DNA from: an uncultured Lentisphaerales bacterium
GTDB lineage: Bacteria; Verrucomicrobiota; Lentisphaeria; JABSQK01; UBA12247
DNA: 64,000 bases
Direction of reading: 5' to 3'
Assembly (NCBI GenBank): GCA_943788985.1
Contig: CALSSJ010000012.1
Coordinates: 64,001 to 128,000 of the forward strand
The translations under genes were made by a program, and so were the position numbers. The notes below the pieces were generated by a model that was given only the letters and a program-made list of their open reading frames with translations, made no database searches and was not told where the DNA came from. This document shows positions 63,889 to 64,000 of the stretch, one piece after another. Every line of letters begins with the position of its first letter. Position 1 is the first letter of the stretch.

Positions 63889-64000
63889 GCGTTTTGTTAA
63901 ATTTGTTTTGTTTTGGCCAAAAATTAGAACCCATCAGTGACATCATGGAAACCACGAAAAATTGCCGTAGAAGTCATCTCTGCGGGCTAACTTTTCTCGG

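Overview
GC-rich bacterial DNA, most likely PVC superphylum (Lentisphaeria/Kiritimatiellae-like); this is inferred from many secreted CxPSR sulfatases, a prepilin/H-X9-DG gene heading a glycan operon, and no SusC/D. Two sulfated-glycan blocks alternate with housekeeping DNA. Block 1 (1-19.6 kb) is a fucoidan-type locus: four S1 sulfatases, GH29, a giant GH95 + GH141-like beta-helix + PDZ fusion, secreted BNR, EEP and MBL hydrolases, and a LacI regulator. Its two operons share a duplicated promoter/operator, and it ends in a MITE plus an ISL3 remnant. The core block (19.6-40 kb) holds gshB-gshA(cyanobacterial type)-frmA-crcB, an FHA-GAF-cyclase, a candidate ~95-nt 6S-like RNA, an exosortase pair, a TpsB fragment, rsmI-dprA-aroB, rmlD-like, and MOSC-moaD-moaE/rhodanese. 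Block 2 (40-57 kb) holds LacI, a GH86-like lipoprotein, two tandem unknown secreted paralogs, a decayed GH86 gene, IclR, sulfatases (one with two catalytic domains), a frameshift-hidden Zn-ribbon-TM-GH107-like endo-fucanase and an O-acetylesterase. The window ends with rhomboid, oppA/oppB and an SNF2 helicase. Many genes (32-35 kb, 47 kb, 53.8-61 kb) carry indels, often in homopolymers, that look like long-read errors. All family calls come from motif recognition by eye; no searches were run. No CRISPR, rRNA or tRNA seen.
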